Source of the DNA: Balanoglossus misakiensis
Taxonomy: Eukaryota; Animalia; Hemichordata
DNA: 64,000 nt
Reading direction: 5' to 3'
NCBI GenBank assembly: GCA_040954595.2
Contig: CM082592.2
Coordinates: 8,915,677-8,979,676 of the forward strand
In this document: piece by piece, positions 11,144 to 24,400 of the stretch
How the letters are laid out: every line of letters begins with the position of its first letter
How positions within the stretch are numbered: position 1 is the stretch's first letter
The notes under the pieces: model-generated
Told to the model about the DNA's origin: nothing
Databases searched by the model: none
Seen by the model: the letters and a program-made list of their open reading frames with translations, nothing else
Position numbers and translations under genes: made by a program

Positions 11144-12410
11144 CTGCAGCAGGAGAAAGGGAACAGAAGGCATGAATATGTATCAAATGACAAGTCTACC
11201 TTGGCATGTATACAAACCTGATGACTCCAAGAGAAAGACTCCAAGTCTTATCTGGTGTACTCATTTCAAACCCTTCCTGATACAAAACAAAATAACTTTG
11301 GAAACAGCTATAAAGTTCTTCGGGTGACCCAGCAGAAAAAAAATGTTAATTTGTTAGGTGCACAACACTCCACACTTTGAAATACTGAAACAGGATATAA
11401 GCTGCTACTTAAACAATTTATACTAATCCAGGTCTGCTTTTTAATCTCTCATGGATGTAAAGTGTGTCTTTGTTTTCAAGTTGTGGTAACTTGGGCATAG
11501 GTAACAACAGTTGCAGCTACTTTTTGGGGCACAGCAGACCTATACACAAGCAATGAACAAAGTGACAACTATAGATCTGAAATAGCAAGGAAACAAATTG
11601 ATTTGTCATGTATCTTTTATGAACATCTAGGATTGCTGACAGTAGCACTTGCACAGACTGTTACAACATGTGAGTCCACTTGTGTCAAAGGTCACGACAG
11701 TCACTCGGCAAACAGGTGCAAAAGGATTAATATTTATAGACAGAAGTTTTGTTTATGTAACACGTTAAAAAGTCAGCAAGTGTGCTTAGTTCTTACACTC
11801 CATTAATACTTCACAATCACACTTATTGAGATATTGCATGAACACAAAATGTGGGCTTTGTTAGAGAGGAGGAAAAAGAGGGGGAGGGGCGATTCATGCT
11901 GTAACTTAGCATAGCTGTGGAATGCATTAGATGGGTTGGATGTTGTGAAGGAAGACTTGTTATATGCAGCAGACAGGTACTGTTAAAGACATTAATTAAA
12001 AGCAAACAAATGACACCAATTTTGTTTTCTTCACGAGGGGAGACGTTTCATTCGTCTTCTCCATGCTTACCCGTGTGAGGAGCCCGTCTGGATTGGGAAG
12101 ATAAGTTTGGAGGGAAGCAAAGGAGACAAAGATGAATAACGAAGAAACTAATGATGGAGAAAACCAGAACCCCGAGTTATTGCCGATGTAGAAGTTCTAC
12201 TACTACTGGAATGGAAGCAGATTGGAGTTTAACTTGACATCTTTAACATGCAAAGAGACAGGAGAGATCATGAATGACATGAATGAATTATCATTCGCAT
12301 GCACATGTACAAAGAACATAGAAACATTGAATCACACACAAATCTGAGCAACCACTTTTACCAAACATTGAAATATATTCTTAATACATCATAAAAATAT
12401 AAATATTTGT

Positions 12411-12466
<56 letters not shown>

Positions 12467-15400
12467 TTATTAACTGCATATTCTATGTGCAATATAACCA
12501 TGGAATTTCTCAGATTTTCTAAAATCCAGTAACTTCAAAACTGCAATTTGATTAAGGCACATCTAACATGCAGCAATATGTACAAATACTGACAAAACAC
12601 TGGCAAAGTGGTTCCTCAATGAACAAAACAAATTCAAAATGAAGACAGAATAATACAAAACTTACAAAATAAACAAGAAAATAAAGGACATTACAGGGTT
12701 GGTCAGAATATTGAACACATTAAAACAGAACAAAACTGTTACTGGACTTACCTTGGTCACAAGGGATGGGGCTGTTTTTTCAGAGGATGAATACGGGGGG
12801 TAATTTGGATGACTATTTGGAAGAGGCGATGGTGGCATGTCTTCCAGGAAATTTGAGGGCACCAAACCTCGGACTCCGTACAATTCTCCCTACACCAAGG
12901 AAAAACAACCAGCAAAATAAGTGACTGCAGTATGATCATAATAACTGAACGAAACTGTAAAAATCTTCAATAAATACCGTCACTCTGTGTTTCAGTATAC
13001 AGAACAATGAAACTTCCCCCACAAGAACACCTTACCATGAAGAAACCATCTTCATCCATGTCTCCATACACAGTGATGATATCTCCCGTTCTAAAAGACA
13101 GTTCCACATCAGCGTCCACATTCGGGGAAGACAATCGCGGATCATAATCGAAGATGGCAAGCATCTTCCTCGGGGGCCCGTCCACCATCGGCTCATCAGC
13201 CGGCATCGGCGGTTTGCCATTGGCTGTGCTGTGATAGCTCTCGTCCGGCAATGAAGGCATGCTGGCCAACGAGTCATTGTAACTGCTATTGTCTTTACTC
13301 GACGTCCTGGCCGATGCGGACCGGGGCGATTTCGTCGTCAACGAGGTCTGCTTCTGCCACCTCTGCTCAGCTTCCTTGTCACTAAGTCTGGCCAATTCCA
13401 CCATGTTACACGGTACATATCCTGTCATTCCACTGGCCTCTCCGCGGTAGAATCCATCTGCATCTTTGTCTCCGTACACCTGTTGGGAAAACGAATGTTG
13501 ATAAGTTTTCATGTGACAAGTGATTTTTGTTGATGTGCTCCCATGAACACATAAGGTGTGTCACATTATTGCACACCCCAGAAGTCACGCCACCAAGGCA
13601 TTAAGCCAAAATAGAATACTTCAGTCACTTTACGTATAGGTACAAACACTCGTGTCAGCCATAATGGGCCTCAACACACTGTACAACTATGGAAATGTAC
13701 TGTATGTCAGAGCAGTGGATGTGTAACAATACATGCCACTTGCCACTTACCTTAATCATTTGGCCCTCCCTGAAGGGAAGTTCCTCATCATAGGCATCTG
13801 GATTTGGCGACATGGTGGCCGGGTCATAGGTGAACATTGCTACAAAGTATCTAATAGTACTGTCATCATACAACTCCGATGGTGCCTCGCTCTCCATACT
13901 CTCTTCATCAACGAGGTCATCGTCGGAAAGCCCTCTCGCATGATTGGGCGATAAAGTATCCCTATACTCATATTTTCTCCTGTGCTGGTCTACGCCACCA
14001 CCGCTACCACCGTAAGTGTCTTTTCTTTCCTCGTATCGTTTGTACTCGTTTTCGTACTGGTCGGGGTAATAGTGTTTTTTGTCTCTCATTTGAGAAGGCA
14101 CATATCTCTGTCGAGCAGGATCAAATTCACCATCTGATCCATAATGTTCTGAGAGTGACGATCCAGTTCCCAGTCCTTCGCTATTACTATCTTTGGTAAT
14201 TTCTGTAAATGACAAAAAGTTCATGATGTTGTTCCAGCAAGGTTCCATCATGAAGTACAGATATTAAAATTCACTTGCACACAAAGAGAACAATGAAAAT
14301 CTGCAGGCTGAATCACACAATCTTTCTATTCAGATCAATCTTTTCCTGGTCTATATACTGACCTATGTGAGGAACGGACATTGGCTGGGCTTTGACAGGC
14401 ACTGGTTCCTGCACGTGGTGATCCGGCGACTGTTCCGTTTCCCGCTCGTAGTCTCGCTGTTGTCTGATCACCGGTATAGGCACTGTTTGTTCTTGCTTGT
14501 TGAACTGTTCGATCTCTGGATCGGTGTCAAACTCTAACTCGTGGGAACTCTGTTGGGTGCACACAAAGATTGCAGACGGGACAAGAACAGTAGTATGTCA
14601 GTGTGAGTGAAATACTCAGTAAACAATTTTGATGCAATGGCCAAATCTGTGTGTTGTCCAACAGTGGACCAAATGCATTTCCAATACCACCTCACAATAC
14701 GGGTTTACATAGTACATTGACAGTTCTCGAGCTCACAATCGAAGTCATAAACTGTAACGTTCTCAGTGAGTACCTTGAATTCTTTTTGTTTCTGCTGTTG
14801 TGTTAGCGAGTTGTTGGAATTGGCACTGGTAGTATTTGGAAGGTTCTCCTCCTCTTCCTCCTCCGAAAGCTCCTCCTCCTCGGCTATGTCTGAAAGCTCC
14901 GATCGATCACTGCTCTCATCCGAGTTGATTTCTTCTCGGAATGAAGGACGGATTTCAGGCTTCTTGGGAGAAGGCAGAAAGAAGCAGTGGGTGAATAAAA
15001 AGAATCCCACCAAACAGTCGCCCTTTGAGCCACAATACAATTTACTCAATCGTCATGATATATTCTGACACATATGGCACAATACAAGTAACACCAATAA
15101 ACTGGACTGTGGAACAACGATACTTTACAACAAACAGACATACAAACAAATCCCACACTTCATGATTTAAGATTCAGGCTTGTGCCAGTTTAACATGCAA
15201 CATTCCCGACCACACCAGCATTTGGTTATTTTCAGACTCTGAACTTGCAGCGGGTGCAAGCCGAATTTCAGCAGCACCACTATTTTCTTTACGACTCAGA
15301 CCCCTTAAGCAACTATACATTCCAAATACCCACCTTAGCAGAGGCTATCTCGTCTTTTGGTACTTGGTCTAGCTTATCGTCTATAGCGGGGTCGCTTATG

Positions 15401-18400
15401 GGAGAGAGAGTCTCCTTTCTAAAGATTTCTACAATTTCATCGGTGTGTGTACTCGGAGCTGATGTGGTTTCATCAGACACGTTATCATACATCCCACCAC
15501 CAACCTGGGGAGGGGAGTAGACGCCACCAGAGAGAGAGAGAGATGCAGAGACAGACAGGTAGAGAGAGAGAGATAGATAGAGAGACACGCATCAGACAAA
15601 AGAAAAATGTACACAATGCAGAAGTTAGTCACACTGACATGGGAAACACAACAGGGCAGATAAATCTTTTCCTGCCTGTTCGTTACAATGGAATGGTCTA
15701 CTTCTTAGTGTTCAATGTGTGTCTTGGGCTATTCTATTGACAAAGACAGGGAACGGTGCAGGTGGTGGGTTTGACAGCAATCACCAGCATCAATTTTGTG
15801 ATCTCAGCGCTGTGATCAAAATACAAGCCACATTACCCAAACAAATACACTTAGTGTTAGATGAAAAAAAAAATCGTTTTTGATTGGACCTGTTTGTTTT
15901 AAGCTAGCTTCATATTTTGTAAGTTGTGGTTTTAAAAATCAGACCAAAAGGTTCACTTTCTCAGCGATTATGATTGACAGCACCCTCAAGCAATGCATCT
16001 TTCGGTCTACACTGAAAAGTGTATATTCATGCCAAAATTATCTCAGTGTGTAATTGCTATTGAAATAAATTATTTTTACTATATTAATAATTATCCATAG
16101 TAAGCAAACTATTGGCAAAAGGAAGACTTGCACAAAGCTACAAAGACGCACTCACTAGTAACCACAGCGACAGTACAATCATTACCATAGCAACAATAAC
16201 TTCAAACCTACAGAAGCATGCAGGGCAATGTTAATATTAAGAGCACACTTTTAGCTGGCCTGAAACAATGTAAAGGTTAAAGTTCAGGGTTCAATGAGAT
16301 GACCTGATACTTACACGATGACGGTGTTTAAAACGATGATGTTCCCTATGTTTATGGTGCTTGTTACGATACAAAGTACAGGAAAGTGGAGATCAGTGAG
16401 GTAAATTTTAACAAGAGATGGAAACAAACATGCAACAAGTTAAATCATCTGTAATTATACTAGGAGATATTAAAAATTCATTCATCTCTAACAAGGCTTA
16501 ATTATTGATTACATTTATATGGCCAAGGGAGAAATAAGTTTATTTTATTATTGTCATGATAACATTCCTGTAACTACATGTATTGTTATACTTTTTGGTA
16601 AATTAAGACTATTTATGGGTTTTTATTAGACTATAATACAGGGAAAAATGTAGTAAATTTTTTTGTCAGTGTCCAAAAAAGGATGTTAGTTCAACAACAA
16701 AAGCACACATAAATGGTGAACAGGAGACATGTAATACAGACAGTTAGGGTTAGACTTTTGAAATGAACACACATTCTACACACACCAAGAAAGGAAATGT
16801 AAGGCAGAAAAAAAGGAGCACACAACAGTTACGAACATGACACTACTCAACCATGCACCACATGACTTTACCGTTTTGTGACTGAAAATAAGCACTGCAT
16901 TGTAACAGAACAACAGTGCCATTTCATAGTCACATACCGAAAAATATGCCTTTTCTTACAAGCACACATCAAACTATAACACCAAGAAGTGAAACGATCG
17001 GGTAGAAATTTACCTTGCTGTCTTTGTTACTGCTGTCTGTCTTTTTGTCCCGCAGTAAGTCCATGGTCACCCGTAGCCCCCTGGAATCGGCTGACGCACC
17101 GTTAGTCGAGAGAGTTCTCACTGTGAGATAGCGATACGTGGAGCTCTTGACCATGCCCGTGTTGACAACTAATCTGTCAGCTAAAAGATGCAATAAAGGC
17201 AAACAAATGAATCATTTCTGGAACAGATTCATATACAGTAGCTGCCTGGTGTCTGCTAAACTTTACATTTTTTTGAAAATAGTATGAAAGAGAAACTTTC
17301 ATTTTATGAGGACAAATGTGATGCATACCTGTTGGAGAGTCGACTGCAGCAATTTCTTTCTCATCCACGCATACTGCATAGCCAGTGACAACAGCACCGT
17401 TGGAAGTACCTGACGTTGTTATGGTCACCGGTAACCAGGTAACCAGTAGGGATCCCTCATATGGGCCTTCTTCTACCTGCAAATCTAGAGGTGGGTCTGG
17501 AAGACCTGGTGATGTACAGATGAAAGAGAATCAGTTTGATTGGCATGATCACAGGGAAGTGGGCAGCAAAGATATATTCTTTTTTCATAGATTACACAGG
17601 GACCAGATCATGGTGGACCAAAACCATGGTGGTGAAAGGGTTAATATAGGCAGATCAGGTTTGCACTCACAATGCAATTTTTTTACTTACCACCTGGTGG
17701 GGTCTTAAATTCTATTTCTGCCGACATTCCCTTCTTATTCCGGTTGTCGTCCCACGACGTTCTGCGAGCCTTGGCCCGGACGTTGACCCTATACACCGTC
17801 ATGGGGGAGAGCCCGGTAAGCGTGTACCTGTAAATGCTTGGCTTCACTGTTCTAACTTCTACGTTGTTCACCGAAATGGCGTGCGCTAGGTTACTGTTGC
17901 CGGGCAACCACATGATGTCCGCCACGGTCGAGAGGACGTTGACAGCTTTCAGGTTGCTAGGCGAGGGAGTGGCTTCTGCGGACAGAGGCGACAAGACAAA
18001 TGTGAGATTGTGCCATGAAAGTACATCTGAATTCATTCATTTTTAGTGCAATGCCAATTGTGGAATTTACCATTGCAATAACTCCCAGTTCGGTCTCTGC
18101 ACTCACCTTTGCCGACTGTAATAGTGCATGCAGCATCTTCTGACTGGCCGGCGCTTGTGACTGTTCGCACAGAGATGCGGTGGGACTTGCTTGCGCTGAC
18201 GTTGTCGATTAAGGCCCTGGTTTTGGCGTCGCCCTTGACGGACGCTTTCAGCTGACCGTCCACAAACACGCGGTACTCCTTGATCTCGTGGGGAGCAATG
18301 GTGTCTGGCGCCACCCACAGCAGAATAATACTGTTGGACATCTGCCGTTCAAGTTCAAGTTTCTTCGGACATGCCACTTCTGTAGAGCAGTGAAAAAGAA

Positions 18401-21400
18401 CGGATTACAGAGTTGGTGGATTTTTAACAGATGACTGTGTTCAAAAGTATTCTACAGAATATCGCGGATTTGACTTTATAGTTACGGGAAAACTCTCCCC
18501 TCCCTAGTTCAAAGATATCATGATTCACCTCCAATAATGTGACAGCTTCAACTCTCTAGGAAGAAATGGTATCAACTTACCACCATGCGAGAGGTCTTCT
18601 AACTCACTAATAGACGTAAGGCTGTCTTCACTAATTACTGGTTTGTGATTCGGAGTGGCCGGTGTATTGTTTTCTTCTTCCAATTCAGGAATGTCCTCTA
18701 AATCACTGATTTGGTGATCTCCTCGCCTCAGTTGCAACTCATCTGTGAAATAAACAGTGTCACACATTTTTCTATGTTAAGGTTGAACTGGGAAGAGGTG
18801 ACTGAGAGTGATAGGGTTGATTTTTAGGTTTCACATTCAATTAAAACATATTCTTCCCCATTGCGACCGAGGTATTAAAAATGCAGTGAAAGATTCACTT
18901 ACTTGGGTACGTGAGTTTGTGTTGCAAGACAGCATTCTCTTCATCGCTGCTGTCGAACTCCAAGTCATGGAGATGTTCACCTGGACAACGGAATTAATAT
19001 GGTAATTAGGTGTCAGCAGTGCCAATACACAAACACTAAATATCCAATGGATATCAACACTGCACTCTCAAAGCTATCCGCAGCATTGTTTATAGTTGCT
19101 AGGTGACAGTCACATGGCACCTTGTACTGATGCACTGGCAGCCATGTTTAGTACGTTTCACAGCATGCCTAACATTAGTTACAATCATTCTTTTTGTGAG
19201 GCAGAGTTTGCAATAGATCACTTCCATGACCCATACATCCTGGCAAATGAAACTAAATATGATGGCTTGCCAGTGGCAGTTTAAAAACTTCCTTCATTTT
19301 ATAAGAAAATTATAATGATTGGTAGTAAACTGTTTTGAAGTGCTACCTTCAACAAGTCACGTTGATGTAAACACTATTTTTTCTTTAAAATGAGGAGTAC
19401 CCAGTATATTACAACATAATCTACATGAACATCATTTATACCTAATATTAGTTCAATATTTAGCAATCTACGCAATTAGCAAAATTAATGTAGCCCAACT
19501 ACCTGTTCCAATTAGCATTATTTGAACTAAACTACGTTTTATTATTTGATGTGCTGTGTGAGTGTTAGTCTTTAAAATGTGTTGGATGACGGTCGAGGTG
19601 AATTCATCAGAAAACTATAGAAGCAGTGTAAAATCACACTTGTGAATGTGATATGACAAAAACACATAAAATGGAAAAACATTGATCATAACAGGTGGAT
19701 CCAGAGGGTAATGTTTGCATGGCTAGTAGCAAATATGTAGGTAAGTCTTTCCTGATCAGGATATTTCTTGCAAGAAAATGGGATGTTTTTATTGTTGTAC
19801 ATCAGAGTGAACAATGTCTTTTGCAACATTGGTTGATCTGTATCCCACTGATTGCAATGATCAAATGGCTGTCAGTGGGGGATGAGTATCAAGGTGATAC
19901 TAGTAGTTTGGAATTGGCAATTATAATGAGATCTGGTGTGTGTCGTCTGTGTTCTGAAGCTTGGTTCTGTGATGTACGCATAGTGGTTGCACGAACCATT
20001 GAAACAGTGCCCTCTGGTGTCCAATTATAGAACTTATCTAGGGTGAATGACATGCATGCATGAAGTGAAAATCTCCCAAGTTTAATACAGAATATTTTCA
20101 TGCACATGTTACGATTTAGTTTCCGGCATGCAGGGATGAACGACATGGACAAACAATTACACAACTATTATATGTACAAAACAACAAAATTCTTGTAGAA
20201 ACGAAAGTATACGTAGAAGTAATAGTAACTTCGCTGTGTCTTGTGAAGGTCAGTTTGTAAATGTGTGTTAATTATAACATTGAAAGAGGATACCCAAAAT
20301 AACAGGAAATAAAACTTCACCATAGAAAACCAAGGAAGGAAAACACTGATACAAGATCTCCAAGACAATAGAAAACTGCATGCAACAGTCCAAAACACAG
20401 ACGAGTTTTTTACACCACCACAAAGAAGAGAGAGCAAGTAAAGGCTGTGTTGGCCAAAGTGTGCAGAGAGAAAACATTGAAAAGAGAGAGAAGAAGATGA
20501 ACCTTGTTTCTGCGAATCCTCAGATGGGTCAGGGTCAGAGTTCAAGTCTTTGGAAAACGTGCTTTCTATCTCAGCAGCTAGTTCTACAAGGACAGAGAGA
20601 ATTGAGACATTTTCACTCGAAAAAAGGTGTGAAACCCATTAGCGAGAAGTACATTGTGACTTCAACACAGACAGAGAAGGAATGCATGACCCATGAAACG
20701 CACGGCAAAAAAAGCACCATCACATGGACACACAGAGAGTATACAGAAACATTGACCCCGGCACAGACAAGACGAAAACTGGTCCCAGAGTGCATGCTGG
20801 GTAAAAGGGAGTGGGATTGGGGAAAAGGTGGCTGATGGGTGAACTAGGGATCGGGGTGGAATAGGGAAGTGGTTATTTGAAATCTCACAAGGTGCCTTCA
20901 CAAAACACAGAACTGAAGACGACAGAGAGAAAGACATCCGACATCAAGGATGTGAGGAGACAGTGCAAAAAGTGGACAGATAAAAGTTTACTCATTTCAA
21001 AGAATCTATGAAATGTCCTTGACAGAATAGGCAAATTTTCTAATTCATAAAGCTATTCGTAATTTGAAAATTACGCAATTAGGACCATCGCTGGTTAATG
21101 CTAATTGCAAATTACAGATGAACTTGGACATACTGTATTTTTCTTTGGTTTGATGCAACGGGTGGTAAACAAATTGGCATCTCAGTAAAATTCTCTCAAC
21201 TTTGAAATGAGTCAACAGAAAAAATTCAGATTCGTGAGGATAGTGGAGAGAGAGGGGGGTTTCTAAACCTTCAATCATGGCCTCCTGACTGCTCTGAACA
21301 ACTGCTTCCTCTTTTGTTTGCTCTGTTTCTACGGTTACAACGGATGCAGGGTCGGAAGCTGCAGCTGCGAGAGTCGGTGGAGCCACGACTGGCTGCTGTA

Positions 21401-24400
21401 CGGGAGGAGACGCAGCAGTGGTGACGGGATGCGGTTGTGATGACGACGACAACGGCAGAGGTGGTAGTAACGATCGCCTTTTGGTGGCTTTATCAGTGTC
21501 GGCATGGGTGATGGCTATCGGAGGTTTATCTAGAAAAACGCATCACAGAGAAGCAGTGACAGAGAGAGAGATGTGTGAAAAACCGGAGTTGGAGACGGAC
21601 ACACACTTCACCCATGCACAAGTCCTGGAGACGAGGGAAGCTGTGTGCAGTTTTCTTGGTGAACATTAATACAAGGGTACAGATTATGTACATCTTGTGA
21701 CAAACAAACAAAGAAAAATCAACGTTTATTGGACGTCACAACATGTGCTGAAATCTCAACATTTTCAACACTACACTTCATGAACAAGAATTCCTAATAG
21801 ACAACAACATAGATGACAATGGTGTTGTGGATTCAATGTAGTTTATCACACACAAAAATTGAGTCTTCAAGATTTAGAAGTCACAGTCTAAGATGACCCA
21901 TTCATTATCACTTTCAATTTGGATAGCTTTCCAACATCTTCATATCCTGTGATCCTTTTAGTCACTATGAATAATTTCAGCCACTAAAGTCGGGTTGTCC
22001 ACGCATGCACAAAACTGACTGACATGCAATGACCCATGTCACTTTGACACCAGCTAAGAATTTATAGGAATTTTTTGACATGCACTACGGATAAAAATGC
22101 ATTATTTTATGCCAACTATTCCAGGGCCCACCACCACCCAGGTGAACAGAATGCATACGTGTACATTAATCTAATTTTGTAATTGTGGTGAGCATATCCT
22201 CCTAGAAAAATGGACTGTTCCACGCCACGGGGGTGGGTGCTAGTTACTGCAGTGGAAACCATCAATGAATTCGAACTCAATGAAACTTTTTTTTACAACC
22301 GGATGCCTACGCCTACATTCAGATAGAATAATTGTGTTGCTGCTTGGCGATGTCCAATGACTCTATTCTGAGTTTATTATAAAGCCAGTTTCGTTCATTC
22401 TATGACAACAAAAGAATGCCTGTTTATGTACTGGTGAATTAATCTCTCAAAAGATTCAGAATGAATGAAAGTACACGTCTAAGGACATGACCTGGATTTC
22501 GCTTTTTCAAATCGTGTTTTCCTGAAATTTGTCACCATCCACCCAACCCTAAGGCCAGACCACAATGAGCCCGCATCATGTCAAGAAAGTGTGACCTGTA
22601 CTGAACCCCATCATAACACCTGCACACACGTAACACTCCTGTCTGTAAACCTCAGTAAACAGTAACCATCAAAGTTCATTCATAATTTCACTTAGATCAT
22701 GTCCAACTTGTTTTGGACACAAAGTTGGCAGCCATCTCCTCGAACATTATCTGAATGGACGGTCGCATTTCGCACACAATGTTTGCGATATCACCATCTC
22801 TGAGTATTTGCTCAAACATTTTTAGCATTCCATGATAGCCCCTTTGAAATGACACATTCCCTGACTATCATTGCATCCAACCTGCAGAAATTTACCTCAC
22901 ATCAACAAGTGTTATGAACTTTAAAAGGGGTCTCAGATTTTTATCTGCTGGTTTTTATATCTATTTTGGTGTACATAATTAAAGTTAAACACCTTTACAA
23001 GTTGATCAATTGAAAACAACTACAGATACCGTTACAAACAAATCAGATATAGTATCTTCACGTATATAATTTCGGCCTGAGCACATAAATGAAACATCCT
23101 ATGTCCATTTTTTTAACAAAAATGTATGTGGGTTAATCTTAAAAATCAGTTTGTGATTTATCTTAAAGACATGTTATTACTAATGCTATGATAAACTAAT
23201 TATGAATAATCAAATTAATAATTGCTATGTGGTGATTTTTTTTAAAAATTCAATGGTTGCAATTTATCATCATCAAATAAGCGTGGGTTATGAGTACAGA
23301 CAGTGAAGTTATGAATCGAAATATCTGAAGTTTGCACTGTGTGGATAAGTTGGAAAAAATAAACACAAAAATGAGAATTTACACACTTTCAATTGGTTAT
23401 GGACATCAGAGATTTTCATGACAGTAACAACAACTTTTGTTCAAGTTCTTCTCAACGTAATGGTACAATTGGTTTATACCACTGGGACTTGTTGTGAGTT
23501 GTTTTCAAATCGTGTCGAGTGGGGGGAGGGGTGGGGGACCAATAGGAAATAGTCTTTCTTGTCCTACCTTCCGATGCTGCGTCCGTAGGCTCCTGTAGAA
23601 ACTCCGGCATGTCCTCGTCTGCAACGAAACACGAGAAGCAGTTCAAGTCAAAGCTGGGCTGCAGAGCAAACTGCCACAGTCGCTTCATAGTGGAGGAATC
23701 AAAATAATTCCCACTCACGACAGCGGCGGAGGGTCACTAACACACGCACGCACACTCGGGTCTCTCAGCTACTGCGTGCCACTAAGAGAGGGCAGGGCTT
23801 TTGTGGAGTTGAAGTGACCCTTCAACCCTCACAATGGAACCAGACAGATGTTTTTGTTGTTGCACGTGGGAAACTAATAAAAAACTAAAGTAGCTGGTAG
23901 GGAAGTTGTGGGATGCTGGGATTATCAGCTGTAATAGGGGCTGAATATTAACCTGGCCTACATACGCACTTAAACACATGGGTGGTTATGGTACCATTCA
24001 AAAGATTATTATTAAGTACAAAAAGAAACAAAAGCACAAGTATTTCTTGAATAATGCATGCACATAGCACAATGCAAAGGCACATTCATATATACAAAGG
24101 ACATTCAACAGAGTGGAGAATAAAAACAATTGACTACTTTGGGTTGATTTACTGAAGGGTGGGGTGAAGGCTTAGTGAAAACCTCAAATAATAAAGATCT
24201 GAATGGGTATAATCAAGGTGAGATTTCTTTTAATTTTGTTTACAGGATAATGCCTTGGGGGCCAGTTAGTGACAATTCCAGCCATTCTATGAAATGACAA
24301 GGATATATCACAATTGTTTAAGTCATAAAAGGCTTCATGTGATATAATTGCCCTTTTTCCCCCATTTGGAAACTTTCATAAATGCTTTATATATTTATCA

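Noticed and set aside
16872-16881. Possible 10-nt microexon (ttttcag|tcacaaaacg|gtaaag)
   Set aside because: Shifts the frame mid-gene, and I found no compensating exon.
20636-20659. Possible 24-nt phase-1 microexon (VTMYFSLM)
   Set aside because: Weak AAG acceptor and gtttca donor, and only ~50 nt from the next candidate exon.
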